The position numbers and the translations under genes were made by a program. Of a DNA stretch of 64,000 bases, positions 41,003 to 50,466 are shown piece by piece. Within the stretch, counting starts at the first letter, position 1. Each line of letters starts with the position of its first letter. The stretch spans positions 896,001 through 960,000 of the forward strand of contig CAWBOC010000009.1 of assembly GCA_963790305.1 (NCBI GenBank), read 5' to 3'. The DNA comes from an uncultured Gemmatimonadaceae bacterium. Lineage in GTDB: Bacteria; Gemmatimonadota; Gemmatimonadetes; Gemmatimonadales; Gemmatimonadaceae. Under the pieces are notes generated by a model, which saw nothing but the letters and a program-made list of their open reading frames with translations, was not told the DNA's origin and ran no database searches.

Positions 41003-42187
41003 TCAAACGTGGCGCTGTGTTCTGACCCACGGCTGATCGCCGAGCATGCGCAGCGCCGACAGCTGAAGCCAAAGACGCCACACCGCGTAGAAGGGCAGGA
41101 ACGCGAATGCGCTCAGAGCACGAAGCGGCGACGGATCGACCAGAATCGCGACGGCCGTGTACAGCGCCAGTCGCACAATGGAAGCGGCCAGCGCGATGCT
41201 GAGCCACGCAGCGCCGGGGACGTTCAGCAAGAGCGTGATGGCGACCAGACCGGCGACGCCAGCGAGGTGAACCGCTGGTCCAACGCTGAGCAGCTCGGCC
41301 ATGGCGTCGAGCTTCTGATGGAAGCTGATCTTCTTGCTCGTCAGAAGCGGCAATGCCACACTGCCGAGAAGGCTCATCTTTCCCGCAGCCCAACGTCGCC
41401 GTTGTGATGCGCTCTGCCCCAGCGAACGGGCTTCCTGAGAGTAGAGGCGTGCCTCGAGACAGGCTTCGATGGGTACGCCGCGCTCGGTCAGCTGGGCGTA
41501 GACCTCCCAGTCCTCGCAAATCGAGAACGCGGTCCAGCCTCGCTCGGCCAACACATCGGTGCCGACGCACATGCCGTTTCCCATGAGCGGCAGGTTGATA
41601 CCAGCCGCTGATTTCAGCCGAAACTGCAGCGCGTAGCGAATCGTGGTGAAGACCGCGCCCATGCGTGTCAGTGCACTATCGCCCGGATTACGAATGCCGT
41701 TGTACGGTTGAACCGCCTTGGTCCGTAGATTCGGCACCCGCGCAATGTGAGCGGCGAAGTCGGCGTCGACGACCGTGTCCGCGTCGATGATGATCACCGC
41801 ATCGTACGACCGATAATCGATTTGATCCAACGCCCACGCGATGGCGCGGGGCTTCCCCTTCCGCTCGAGGTCAGTCCGCTCCAGGCAGAGAGCTCCGGCG
41901 GACCGGGCGACCGTGGCCGTCGCATCCGTGCAGTTATCGGCAATGACCACCACCGACAACTGGGAGCTGGGGTAGCGCTGCGAACACAGGGAGCGGACGC
42001 AAGGCTCCAGCAAGAGCTCTTCGTTGTGCGCGGGGATGAATACCAGAAGCCGCGCGTCACCCCTCGCGCACGCCCGGGTGCGGTTCGGCCACAGGGCCAG
42101 CCGGATCACGCACAGCAAGTCGGAAAGTGCCGGGAGCAACAGGGCGGTTGCCAGGACGCCAAGCAGAATCGTCACAACGATCATCAT
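41003..42187 (-). CDS. GT2 family glycosyltransferase (membrane-bound, D,D,D,QxxRW type)
   Basis: IPAHNEE, ADNCTD, IDAD, GNGM, CED, QRRRW. Confidence 0.9.
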   Translation of the reverse strand: MMIVVTILLGVLATALLLPALSDLLCVIRLALWPNRTRACARGDARLLVFIPAHNEELLLEPCVRSLCSQRYPSSQLSVVVIADNCTDATATVARSAGALCLERTDLERKGKPRAIAWALDQIDYRSYDAVIIIDADTVVDADFAAHIARVPNLRTKAVQPYNGIRNPGDSALTRMGAVFTTIRYALQFRLKSAAGINLPLMGNGMCVGTDVLAERGWTAFSICEDWEVYAQLTERGVPIEACLEARLYSQEARSLGQSASQRRRWAAGKMSLLGSVALPLLTSKKISFHQKLDAMAELLSVGPAVHLAGVAGLVAITLLLNVPGAAWLSIALAASIVRLALYTAVAILVDPSPLRALSAFAFLPFYAVWRLWLQLSALRMLGDQPWVRTQRHV

Positions 42188-42249
42188 CGATCTTCTGAAC
42201 CTTCAGTTTTTCCGGGAGAATGCGATGGTGTTGAGCACCCGTTCGGTAC

Positions 42250-42264
42250 GCACTCCGTGGGCCC
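42250..42264 (-). promoter_or_regulatory. sigma-54 promoter candidate
   Basis: Minus strand GGGCCC-ACGGA-GTGC; palindrome TGTTGCG-TGCG-CGCCTCA at 42381-42398. Confidence 0.45.
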
Positions 42265-42486
42265 GCCATCCCTGGCCGCAACCAGTTGAAGCACCGCCTG
42301 CGCCCTGCGACTAAGACCGCCTGGCGTAACGACTTACGGGCGTTGGAATGAGCCTGCCCGAACTGAGCGAAGCAGACCTATGTTGCGTGCGCGCCTCACC
42401 ATGGCGCAGACGGGACACCAATGGGAGCTCCGCACGGAGCGCCAGGCCACTGATTTCTCATGCGGCACACCTCGAGCTGCCCACGA

Positions 42487-43692
42487 TCACTGTTCAGGAG
42501 ATGCCAGCGTGACGGGGCGGTGCGTGGTCAGGTCGAGCCCGATCGTTTCATAGATATGCTTAGCCACGTGCTCGGCCAGCATTTCGTTGGCGCTCGGCGT
42601 GAGGTGGGCGTAGTCGGTAAAGACCTGGCCCTTGGCGTCTCTGAAAATGGGCGTCGCATCGACGAACGTGGCGCCGAATTTCTCTACCGTGCTGCGCTCG
42701 AGGTCACGCACGATCGGCACGGCCCGCAGCATGAACTCTTCGTAGTTCGGCAGGTACGACTCCCGGTTGAATTCGAACATTTTCCCCTCGATCTCCGGCA
42801 TCCCGGGACGCCCCCGCTCCATGATGAGCATTGGCTGCAGCGCGAAGACGGCGTGCACCTTTTCCTGCTGCAGGAGCATTGCAATACGCTCCACCATCTT
42901 GAGCGCGTTCTTTGGGTAGACCTCCTGCAACCCGGCAATGGCGGAGTCGACCTGAATCGGTTCGCGGTTGGGCCGGTGGAAGAGCTGCTTGACGACCCGC
43001 GCCTCCCGAAGCGCAACATGTGCGAAGGCGCTCTTGCGCCCCAGCCACCAGAAATTCACGTAGAACAGGGAGCCTAACGTGGGATCTCCCATGATGGTAC
43101 GTGAGTGCTCCTGATAGGCGTAGCTCAGGAACTGGTCGTGCCCTCGCCCGTAGAAATAGAAGTCATTGTAGCCGTCGAGCAGGATGACCATGTCCGGGCT
43201 GTACTTCAGGACCGTCTGGTTCAGATAGATCAGATGATGGTGCGTCCAAATGCTGGGGATGGCGGCGTTGATTACCTCGAACCGCGTTCCCGGAAAGCGA
43301 GCAGTAAGCTGCCGCTCCAGATAGGCATCAATGGTCTCGGAATTCTTGAGCACCTCGTACTGCTTCTGGATGTGCGGCCAGACACCGCCCAGGCCGTACG
43401 CTGTGGAACCGCCCATGAGGAAAATGCGGTACGTCCCCGGTGGCTTCGTCCGCACAACGTCTGAGCTCCGCCGAAACCCTTGCGCGTTGTGAGTGATGCC
43501 GCGGGAGTCAACGTAGCTGGGCGTCGGCGTGATGTTCTTGTAGGGGTCGAACTCGTACTGAAGCAGCTTCCCGCCCGTGTACCCCTTGAACTGATGGAGG
43601 TAAATGCGAGCCGCCCCCTCGGCCAACCCAGCGAACACAGCCAGGAGCAGGAGCGAAAAAAGAAGCTTCTTGCGGGTAGAAAGTTGCGTCAT
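42487..43692 (-). CDS. Membrane-anchored SGNH/GDSL-fold protein
   Basis: TM anchor; NAQGFR, MGGSTA, EVINAA, DGYND, TDYAH. Confidence 0.8.
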   Translation of the reverse strand: MTQLSTRKKLLFSLLLLAVFAGLAEGAARIYLHQFKGYTGGKLLQYEFDPYKNITPTPSYVDSRGITHNAQGFRRSSDVVRTKPPGTYRIFLMGGSTAYGLGGVWPHIQKQYEVLKNSETIDAYLERQLTARFPGTRFEVINAAIPSIWTHHHLIYLNQTVLKYSPDMVILLDGYNDFYFYGRGHDQFLSYAYQEHSRTIMGDPTLGSLFYVNFWWLGRKSAFAHVALREARVVKQLFHRPNREPIQVDSAIAGLQEVYPKNALKMVERIAMLLQQEKVHAVFALQPMLIMERGRPGMPEIEGKMFEFNRESYLPNYEEFMLRAVPIVRDLERSTVEKFGATFVDATPIFRDAKGQVFTDYAHLTPSANEMLAEHVAKHIYETIGLDLTTHRPVTLASPEQ

Positions 43693-43759
43693 GCTTGCCG
43701 TAGACCGCGGAGTTGATCGTGATCAAACAAACGGCTCTATCGAGCCGGGCCGATCGAAC

Positions 43760-43774
43760 GCAACGCGTATGCCC
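43760..43774 (-). promoter_or_regulatory. sigma-54 promoter candidate
   Basis: Minus strand GGGCAT-ACGCG-TTGC. Confidence 0.6.
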
Positions 43775-44092
43775 TATCCACAGGGGCCGCCGAACCCCCA
43801 CTTGATGGCTGTAGACCATTCTACAGCACCATCTTTCCGACGCGTCCAATGGTTTCGGCGCACGCCTCGTTTCCCACCTGTTGCATGGTCGCGCCATAAA
43901 TCCCCGGGCCTGATGTTCAACCGCAACAGGACTGACTCGCCAACACCGCGTTGCGTATAGTTTCCCCGTCAAAAACAAGCTGGCGGGACGGTCCGATCAC
44001 CGGGGTTCCGAGCCTCAATGTTGCTATGACGCCAGCGCTGGCCTGCCTGGTTAGAGCCTCACCGTTTCCATCTCACACGCTTGTCATTCGCA

Positions 44093-45238
44093 ATGCGCGC
44101 CACCCGAGCGAAGAACATTGCTCTCGTTCTCACTTCCATCACCGTGACCGTTGGCATTGCCGCGGCGGCCGGTGAAGCAGTCGTGCGCTATCGTGAGCGC
44201 ACTCGTACGACCGTTCCCGCAAGCATGCCTTTCCTGTTCTACCGCCACGAGCGGCTCCGTTACGCGCTCGTCCGCGATCAGGAGTACTACAAATGGGCGC
44301 ATGTGAATGCGTCCGGGTTTCGTGGCCGTCACGTCGAGGTCGCCAAGCCTGACGGCGTACTGCGAGTCATGGTGGTCGGAGGCTCGACCGTCTTCGATAG
44401 CACGGTCGACGGGGACGATCAGGCGTGGCCGGCTCGGCTGGAGCACCACCTCGGATGTTTGCTGCCAAGCCGCAAGGTCGAAGTGATCAACGCGGGTGTC
44501 CCCGGATATGTCATGCTGGACAACCTCATCCGCCTCCAGTCCGAGCTTTATGAGTTCAAGCCCGACATTCTGGTTCTCTACCAGGCGCACAACGACCTGC
44601 TGGCCGCACTCCACCGGATTCACGAGAGCTATCGCGGCCTCCGAACGCCCCGAGAGGTGGAGTCGGTAACTCCGTGGACACAGTGGCTGCGCGAGCATTC
44701 GCTGCTCTACAACAAGCTCGCTATCAAGGCCAAAGTCCTCCAGCGCGCTGCCTCGGCCAAGACCGCGAGCGGCGAGTCGTCTCCGCAGGCCTACACTGAA
44801 AGCATCGAAGCGGGTGCAGCGCGACACGAGAAGGACCTCCGCTCGTTCCTGCTGATCGCGCAGGGGTTCGGCATTCGTGTCGTCGTCCCACAAACCGCCC
44901 ACATTGGCGGTGACGATCCGAAAACGGTCGACTCCGAGATCGCGTGGATGTGGCAAAACGCGATTGGTGCTCCACTCGAGCACATCCTGTTCGGCTATCG
45001 GCGTTACGAAGAAGTGACCCGACAGCTGACAGCAGCTCTCAACGTGCCGTACCTAACGTTGAACGATACGGATTTGGAGAGCAAGCAATGGTACGCGGAT
45101 GGCGACCCTGTGCACTTCAACGACGAAGGCGCTGACCGCATGGCGTTCTGGATAGCTCGCAAATTGGCTGAGCAGGGAATCATCCAGCGCGAAGTGCAAG
45201 ACAACGGGGATCCGAACGCGTCGGCATGCCGGAAATAG
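44093..45238 (+). CDS. Membrane-anchored SGNH/GDSL-fold protein
   Basis: TM anchor; NASGFRG, VGGSTV, EVINAGVPGY, AHND, DPVH. Confidence 0.82.
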   Translation: MRATRAKNIALVLTSITVTVGIAAAAGEAVVRYRERTRTTVPASMPFLFYRHERLRYALVRDQEYYKWAHVNASGFRGRHVEVAKPDGVLRVMVVGGSTVFDSTVDGDDQAWPARLEHHLGCLLPSRKVEVINAGVPGYVMLDNLIRLQSELYEFKPDILVLYQAHNDLLAALHRIHESYRGLRTPREVESVTPWTQWLREHSLLYNKLAIKAKVLQRAASAKTASGESSPQAYTESIEAGAARHEKDLRSFLLIAQGFGIRVVVPQTAHIGGDDPKTVDSEIAWMWQNAIGAPLEHILFGYRRYEEVTRQLTAALNVPYLTLNDTDLESKQWYADGDPVHFNDEGADRMAFWIARKLAEQGIIQREVQDNGDPNASACRK

Positions 45239-45284
45239 AACGCGCCGCGACCGCAATGCTCTATTCCATGAACTGCCACCACGC

Positions 45285-46442
45285 GTGAGCCCGCTTCGGA
45301 GCACACCGACGCCTGGATTCACCGTCATTGATGATTTCGAAGGATTGCAACGGCTGCGTGGAGAATGGGACGAGCTGCTCGCCGCTGACGCGCATCAGAA
45401 TCCCTTTCTGAGCTTCAGCTGGACGCGATCCTGGCTGCGCAGCTTTGCCGCGAGCTACGACCGCTTTCTCGTCCTTCGCGTCGAAGAGCCCGGCCAGTTT
45501 CGCGGCATCCTCCCACTCATCGTTCGACGCACGTGGTCCGGAGGGATTCCAGTGAGATCCCTCGAGTTCCCCGGTGGCGATGACAGCGTATTCAAGGGCC
45601 CGGTCGCGGAGGGCAATGCGGGCAGGCTGGTCGATCGGGTACTGCGTGGACTCGCGAGTGATGTTCGTGGGTGGGACACACTCGGCTTCGATAGCTTGCC
45701 CGATGACTCGCCGTGGGTCACCGAGTTTGCCCGGGCGTTCCAGCAGCGTTCGCTTCGTTGCGATCGACATCCAACGCACGAATCGCCATACCTCCGGCTT
45801 CCCGGCAGCTACGACGATCTGCGCAAATCGCTGAAGAAGAGCCTGCGTCAGAATCTCTCACGCAAGCTGAACATGGCGGAGCGCGAAGGCATCGTATTCG
45901 AGCGACTCACAGGCGCTGCTGTGCGTGCTGAGCACTTTCGTGAAGCACAGGACGTCGAGCGGCGGAGCTGGAAAGGTCGACAGGGCATCGGGATTTTCGT
46001 GGACGAGCCCCATTTGTCCCTGCACGTTGGATTGCTCGACGACAGCCCGCCTTTTGACGTGGATCTGCTTTTTCTCCGAGTCGGCGGACAGGCGATCGCC
46101 TTCCAATACGGCTTTCTTCTGGGCAACCGCTACTACGCGTACAACACGTCCTACAATGAAGCGTTTCAGCGGCTGTCACCGGGAATGCTTGCGATCAACT
46201 CGCTGTTGGAGGAGCTGATCCCCGGGGGAATCGAGGTTTTCGATTTTCTCGTGGGTGAGGACAGCTATAAGCGGGACTGGACCGCGGATGCTCGTGGCCT
46301 GGAAGGATTCACGGTCTTTCAAAAGTCTCTCGCTGGTCAGCTTGCCTTCCGTGTGGAGCGCCTGCGGCCGCCGGTTCGGCGCATACGCAACCTGGTACGC
46401 AAGCTGGTTCAGCCCCCTGCGTCCAAGAAAGCGGTTTCGTAG
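45285..46442 (+). CDS. GNAT family acyltransferase (CelD/BcsL-like)
   Basis: PFLSFSW, ERRSWK, LSPG, FDFLVGEDSYKRDW. Confidence 0.82.
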   Translation: MSPLRSTPTPGFTVIDDFEGLQRLRGEWDELLAADAHQNPFLSFSWTRSWLRSFAASYDRFLVLRVEEPGQFRGILPLIVRRTWSGGIPVRSLEFPGGDDSVFKGPVAEGNAGRLVDRVLRGLASDVRGWDTLGFDSLPDDSPWVTEFARAFQQRSLRCDRHPTHESPYLRLPGSYDDLRKSLKKSLRQNLSRKLNMAEREGIVFERLTGAAVRAEHFREAQDVERRSWKGRQGIGIFVDEPHLSLHVGLLDDSPPFDVDLLFLRVGGQAIAFQYGFLLGNRYYAYNTSYNEAFQRLSPGMLAINSLLEELIPGGIEVFDFLVGEDSYKRDWTADARGLEGFTVFQKSLAGQLAFRVERLRPPVRRIRNLVRKLVQPPASKKAVS

Positions 46443-46489
46443 CTGCGCGTTAGGCTCTCAGTGACACGTTATCGCGTTCTTGCGGCAGC

Positions 46490-47491
46490 ATGCTGACCGG
46501 GATCTTGCGGCCGTTTGCGCGGTCGGGAGCAATCCTCTGCTACCACGGCATCGCGTCGGGCCAGATTGGTTCTCCCGTACATCATACGCTGGCCGAGGTG
46601 GAGGCGGCCGTGGGGGTCGCGCGCGACCTGGGTAGAATTGTTCCGCTGAGCGACTTCGTCAGCATCCATCAAAGCGGAAGGAGCACCGCCGGGCTGTTCG
46701 CCATCACGTTCGACGACGCTTATCTGTCCCTGCAGGCCGCGGCTGCTTTTCTACGCCGGGAACAGGTGCCTGTTACCGTGTTTGCCGTTTCCGACGCGCT
46801 TGATGATGGGCGAGCTTTCTGGTGGGACCGGCTGGGAGCAGTGCTGGGGCGACTCACGCCGGGGAGCATCACGGCCTTGAGCGACCGTTGGGCGATTCCG
46901 GCGTGGTTCCGGGACAAGTGGTCGGGTCCCGATTTCCCTCCGGGATGGGAGCTTCGGCAGTGGGTTGTCGCGCGTTATGCGGGCCGGTGGCCCGCTGAGC
47001 TCGAGGAAGCACTTCGAGAGTTGCAGCCGTCCGCCGAGCTGGCGATTACCGACCGGTCCATGACGTGGTCGGAGCTTTCGGACTTCGCAGGAACGGGGTT
47101 GGTTGAAATCGGCGTTCACACCCGCTCCCATCCGGCGCTGCCGCTGCTTCCGATCGCCGAGCAGCAACAGGAAATCGGTGGGTGTTACGAGTCGCTGCGC
47201 GCCCACTTTCATGCAACGTCGCCGATACTGGCGGCGCCCTTTGGCTTCTTCAACGCAGACACGATCGCGGCAACGCGGGCCAGCGGCCTACAGGCCTGCC
47301 TCGGCTTAGGCGATCGCACGCTGCGGTATGAAGGAAGCAGCGGAGCGCTTCCGCGCTTCTGTATGATGCACCCGCAGTCTCGCGTCCGGCTTGGACCGCG
47401 CCTATCGGGTGTCTTCGACCGGATCCGCGCCTGGCGCGGGAAAGGCGATGCGGAGATCCCCGTGGTTCCCAGTTTGGTTGAAGGCGCGTAG
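46490..47491 (+). CDS. Polysaccharide deacetylase (CE4/NodB-like)
   Basis: ILCYH, ITFDDAY, IGVHTRSHP, APFG. Confidence 0.85.
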   Translation: MLTGILRPFARSGAILCYHGIASGQIGSPVHHTLAEVEAAVGVARDLGRIVPLSDFVSIHQSGRSTAGLFAITFDDAYLSLQAAAAFLRREQVPVTVFAVSDALDDGRAFWWDRLGAVLGRLTPGSITALSDRWAIPAWFRDKWSGPDFPPGWELRQWVVARYAGRWPAELEEALRELQPSAELAITDRSMTWSELSDFAGTGLVEIGVHTRSHPALPLLPIAEQQQEIGGCYESLRAHFHATSPILAAPFGFFNADTIAATRASGLQACLGLGDRTLRYEGSSGALPRFCMMHPQSRVRLGPRLSGVFDRIRAWRGKGDAEIPVVPSLVEGA

Positions 47492-47495
47492 AAAC

Positions 47496-47531
47496 CACAG
47501 AGGCCCCGGACGATTGCCCGGGGCCTCTGTG
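47496..47531. terminator. Hairpin between convergent genes
   Basis: 14-bp stem CACAGAGGCCCCGG / CCGGGGCCTCTGTG. Confidence 0.75.
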
Positions 47532-47553
47532 TATTGTCTCTGTCTGACAGCGC

Positions 47554-49974
47554 TTACTGCTCCACCCCTGCCACGGGATACGCCCCGATCCAGTCGTTGC
47601 TGTTCCCGCTCACGCGTGCCGCCAGATTCCCCCACTCGATCCCGTTGCCGACGTACGAGGCCCCGGCTTGTCCCGACAGGCCCCACCGTGCTGTGCGATA
47701 TAGCGCGTCCGTCATGCCCGACATGTTTCTGGTTCCTTCCCCAAGCAAGGTGCCCGTGGAGCTGTACACCCGGAACGTCACGACCCCAGAGGTCGACGAC
47801 GTGCGGCTGAGCCGCCACTCGAGACGCTGGACGCTACCCTTGGGAATGCCAGAGGCGAGCCGGATGTTGCTTTGGGCCGAGTTGGCCACGTCCAGGTCGT
47901 AGGTCCCACCACTCCCGGCCTCAATCAGCCACGCCCACTTCACATCACCGACGTTGCACTGATTGCCGTGATCGGCGCCGGTATTCGCCCCGTTCGGGAG
48001 CGAATTGCGAATGTACATTCGAAGGAAGACGTACTCGCCCACCGCCGGAGCTCGCCACAGGTTGTTCGCGACCCACTGCACGTCGAGCGCACCCGCATGG
48101 ACATTGCGCGCGACGTTGACTGTTCCCGACGGGAAGCCCAGGCCTGACGACGAGACCATCACCACAGTAGCGTTGGACGCCTCCCGAACCAGCCCGCGCG
48201 CGGTCAGGGTACCCGAGCGGAAATCCTCGAACCAGTCCAGCGAACAGGTGCCGGTACACGGGGGCGGCGGCGGCGGTGGCGCCGTAACAGTTATCGCGGA
48301 GGTGTCGGCGAATGCACCCTTCGTCCCGATCGCCCGGAAGCTCCCGCCGCTACTTCCAGCGGTATAGAGCCCGGCCGCGGTGATCGTCCCTCCGGTCGCC
48401 GTCCACGTCACCCCGGTGGCCGTGCGCGAGGACCCGTCGCTCAACACTTCGGTCGCCGCAAACTGCTGCGTCGCGGCCGTCGCCAGCGTTACCGTCGCCG
48501 GTGTCACATCCATCCGCGTTACTACTGGCGGTGCGGTAATCGTCACCGCCGCGGTGTCGGCGAAGGCCCCCTTCGTCCCGATTGCCCGGAAGCTCCCGCC
48601 GCTACTGCCTGCCGTGTAGAGCCCGGCGGCAGTGATCGTCCCGCCGGTCGCCGTCCATGTCACACCTGTGGCAGTGCGCGAGGATCCGTCGCTCAATACT
48701 TCGGTCGCCGCAAACTGCCGCGTTGTGCCTGTAGCCAGCGTTACCGTGGCCGGCGTCACGTCCATGCGAGTCACCACCGGCGGAGGCGGCGGTGCGGTAA
48801 TCGTGACTGCCGCGGTATCGGCGAAGGCGCCCTTCGTCCCGATCGCCCGGAAGCTCCCGCCGCTACTTCCAGCGGTATAGAGCCCTGCCGCGGTGATCGT
48901 CCCGCCGGTCGCCGTCCACGTCACCCCGGTGGCCGTGCGCGAGGACCCGTCGCTCAACACTTCGGTCGCCGCAAACTGCTGCGTTGCCGCTGTTGCGAGC
49001 GTCACCGTCGCCGGCGTCACGTCCATCCGAGTCACCACCGGTGGAGGCGGCGGGGGCGGCGGCGCGGTGACCGTTATCGCCGCCGTGTCGGCCAGCGTGC
49101 CGCCCTGCTGGGTGGCAATCACGCGATAGTTCCCGCCGCTACTGCCGGCGGTATAGAACCCCGCGCCGGTGATCGAGCCCCCAGTCCCCGCGTACGTCAC
49201 CGCGGCCGGTTGCTGCGTGCCATTACTCATGAGGGCCACGGCAGTGAACTGCTGCGTCGCCCCGCTGGCCAGCGTCACGGAGGCCGGGGTCAACACGATT
49301 TGCGTTACGACCGGCGGAGGCGCCGGCGGCGAATTCACCGTCACCACCGAGGTCCCGCTTCTCCCCTCCACCACGGCCGTCATCGTCGCCTGCCCCGCAG
49401 ACACACCGATGACCACGCCCGCCTGTGAGACCGTCGCCGCCGCGCTGTTGCTCGACCAGGTCGCGGCCCGCCCCACCAGCGGCTGTCCGGCCGAGTCGGC
49501 CGCCACCGCCACCAACTGAAGCGCCGACCCGACCACCACCGTCGCTGGCGCGGGGCTCACCGTGACCGTCGCCACCGGCACGAGCGTCACGTCGACCCCC
49601 GCCGTCGCCGAGATCTCCGTCGTCCCGGACAGCGCGGTCGCTCGCACCGTCGTGTGCCCCGGCGCGCGGCCCCACAAGTCTCCGGTCGGCGTCACCCGCG
49701 CCACCGCCGTGTCCTCCACGGCCCACGTGATCGTCACGTTCGGAACCGCCACGCCTAACGGGTCGACCGGCGTCGCGGCCAACGGCACCCGCGTCCCCAC
49801 ACGCACTAACGCCGCGCCCGGCGTCAGCCGAATCGCGGCGATTGCCCGCTCGACACTCTCCACAACCCGCTGCGTGTCGCACGCCATCCCGCTCACAGCG
49901 ACGCCAGCCAACACCGCGGCCAACGCGACCCGCGGACGAAGGAACGCCACACGCGTACCAAGGGAGGAACGCAT
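47554..49974 (-). CDS. Surface lipoprotein with six Ig-like (Big_2-type) repeats, polyproline linkers and an unannotated C-terminal domain
   Basis: ATG 49974 with GGAGG RBS; lipobox GMAC; repeats of the VTP...TW...G.Y/V.G type. Confidence 0.85.
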   Translation of the reverse strand: MRSSLGTRVAFLRPRVALAAVLAGVAVSGMACDTQRVVESVERAIAAIRLTPGAALVRVGTRVPLAATPVDPLGVAVPNVTITWAVEDTAVARVTPTGDLWGRAPGHTTVRATALSGTTEISATAGVDVTLVPVATVTVSPAPATVVVGSALQLVAVAADSAGQPLVGRAATWSSNSAAATVSQAGVVIGVSAGQATMTAVVEGRSGTSVVTVNSPPAPPPVVTQIVLTPASVTLASGATQQFTAVALMSNGTQQPAAVTYAGTGGSITGAGFYTAGSSGGNYRVIATQQGGTLADTAAITVTAPPPPPPPPVVTRMDVTPATVTLATAATQQFAATEVLSDGSSRTATGVTWTATGGTITAAGLYTAGSSGGSFRAIGTKGAFADTAAVTITAPPPPPVVTRMDVTPATVTLATGTTRQFAATEVLSDGSSRTATGVTWTATGGTITAAGLYTAGSSGGSFRAIGTKGAFADTAAVTITAPPVVTRMDVTPATVTLATAATQQFAATEVLSDGSSRTATGVTWTATGGTITAAGLYTAGSSGGSFRAIGTKGAFADTSAITVTAPPPPPPPCTGTCSLDWFEDFRSGTLTARGLVREASNATVVMVSSSGLGFPSGTVNVARNVHAGALDVQWVANNLWRAPAVGEYVFLRMYIRNSLPNGANTGADHGNQCNVGDVKWAWLIEAGSGGTYDLDVANSAQSNIRLASGIPKGSVQRLEWRLSRTSSTSGVVTFRVYSSTGTLLGEGTRNMSGMTDALYRTARWGLSGQAGASYVGNGIEWGNLAARVSGNSNDWIGAYPVAGVEQ
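48281..49040 (-). repeat. Three near-identical ~84-aa Ig-like repeats
   Basis: VVTRMDVTPATVTLAT...GTKGAFADT occurs three times with a period of about 252-261 nt. Confidence 0.92.
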
Positions 49975-49996
49975 AAAAAGACCCTCCATGAGGCTC

Positions 49997-50093
49997 GTTC
50001 GGCGGCCCGACTGGCCTGGCCGGGAGCGATACCTCCCAGGCGTTAGCCTCGTAGCTTTGCGTCGCCGTCTTTCGACGGGTTTGCCCTTGTCGC
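49997..50093 (-). ncRNA. c-di-GMP-I (GEMM-I) riboswitch
   Basis: Minus strand GCGACAAGGGCAAACCCGTC-GAAA-GACGGCGACGCAAAGCTACGAGGCTAA...GCCAGTCGGGCCGCCGAA, just upstream of the RBS. Confidence 0.9.
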
Positions 50094-50415
50094 GGCCCGT
50101 GAGGGCGGAGCGATCGTGCCGTGCAATTGTGAGCTGCGACACCAGACATCCGGTGCGCCAGCTGAATGACACGTCTTACAGGAGCGACGGTCTAGGAGCG
50201 TGGCAGTAACGCGCTCCACACCGCTAAGAACCCGTGAGCAAACATTGTGCGAAGGCACATGTGCATCGCGGGCGAGTCATCGGCCGAGATTCGCGTGGGA
50301 AAATAATGACCAATGTAGCGATCGCGGGTGACGTGAGTCACGCGACTCGTCCATTTGCTGACTGATTTCACGACTCACGCCGAGGCGCCTCGCGCCTCGC
50401 GGGGTAAAAAGCTCA

Positions 50416-50443
50416 GAGGCCCCGGACCGTAGCCCGGGGCCTC
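50416..50443 (-). terminator. Hairpin downstream of the 50467-53648 gene
   Basis: GAGGCCCCGG / CCGGGGCCTC stem followed on the minus strand by TGAGCTTTTT. Confidence 0.7.
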
Positions 50444-50466
50444 CGTGTTGTGCCTGCTGAAAGGGT

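Noticed and set aside
49975..50172. ORF-track N-terminal extension of the Ig lipoprotein (likewise 53649-53732)
   Set aside because: The extensions run through the riboswitches; downstream ATGs have an RBS and a lipoprotein signal.
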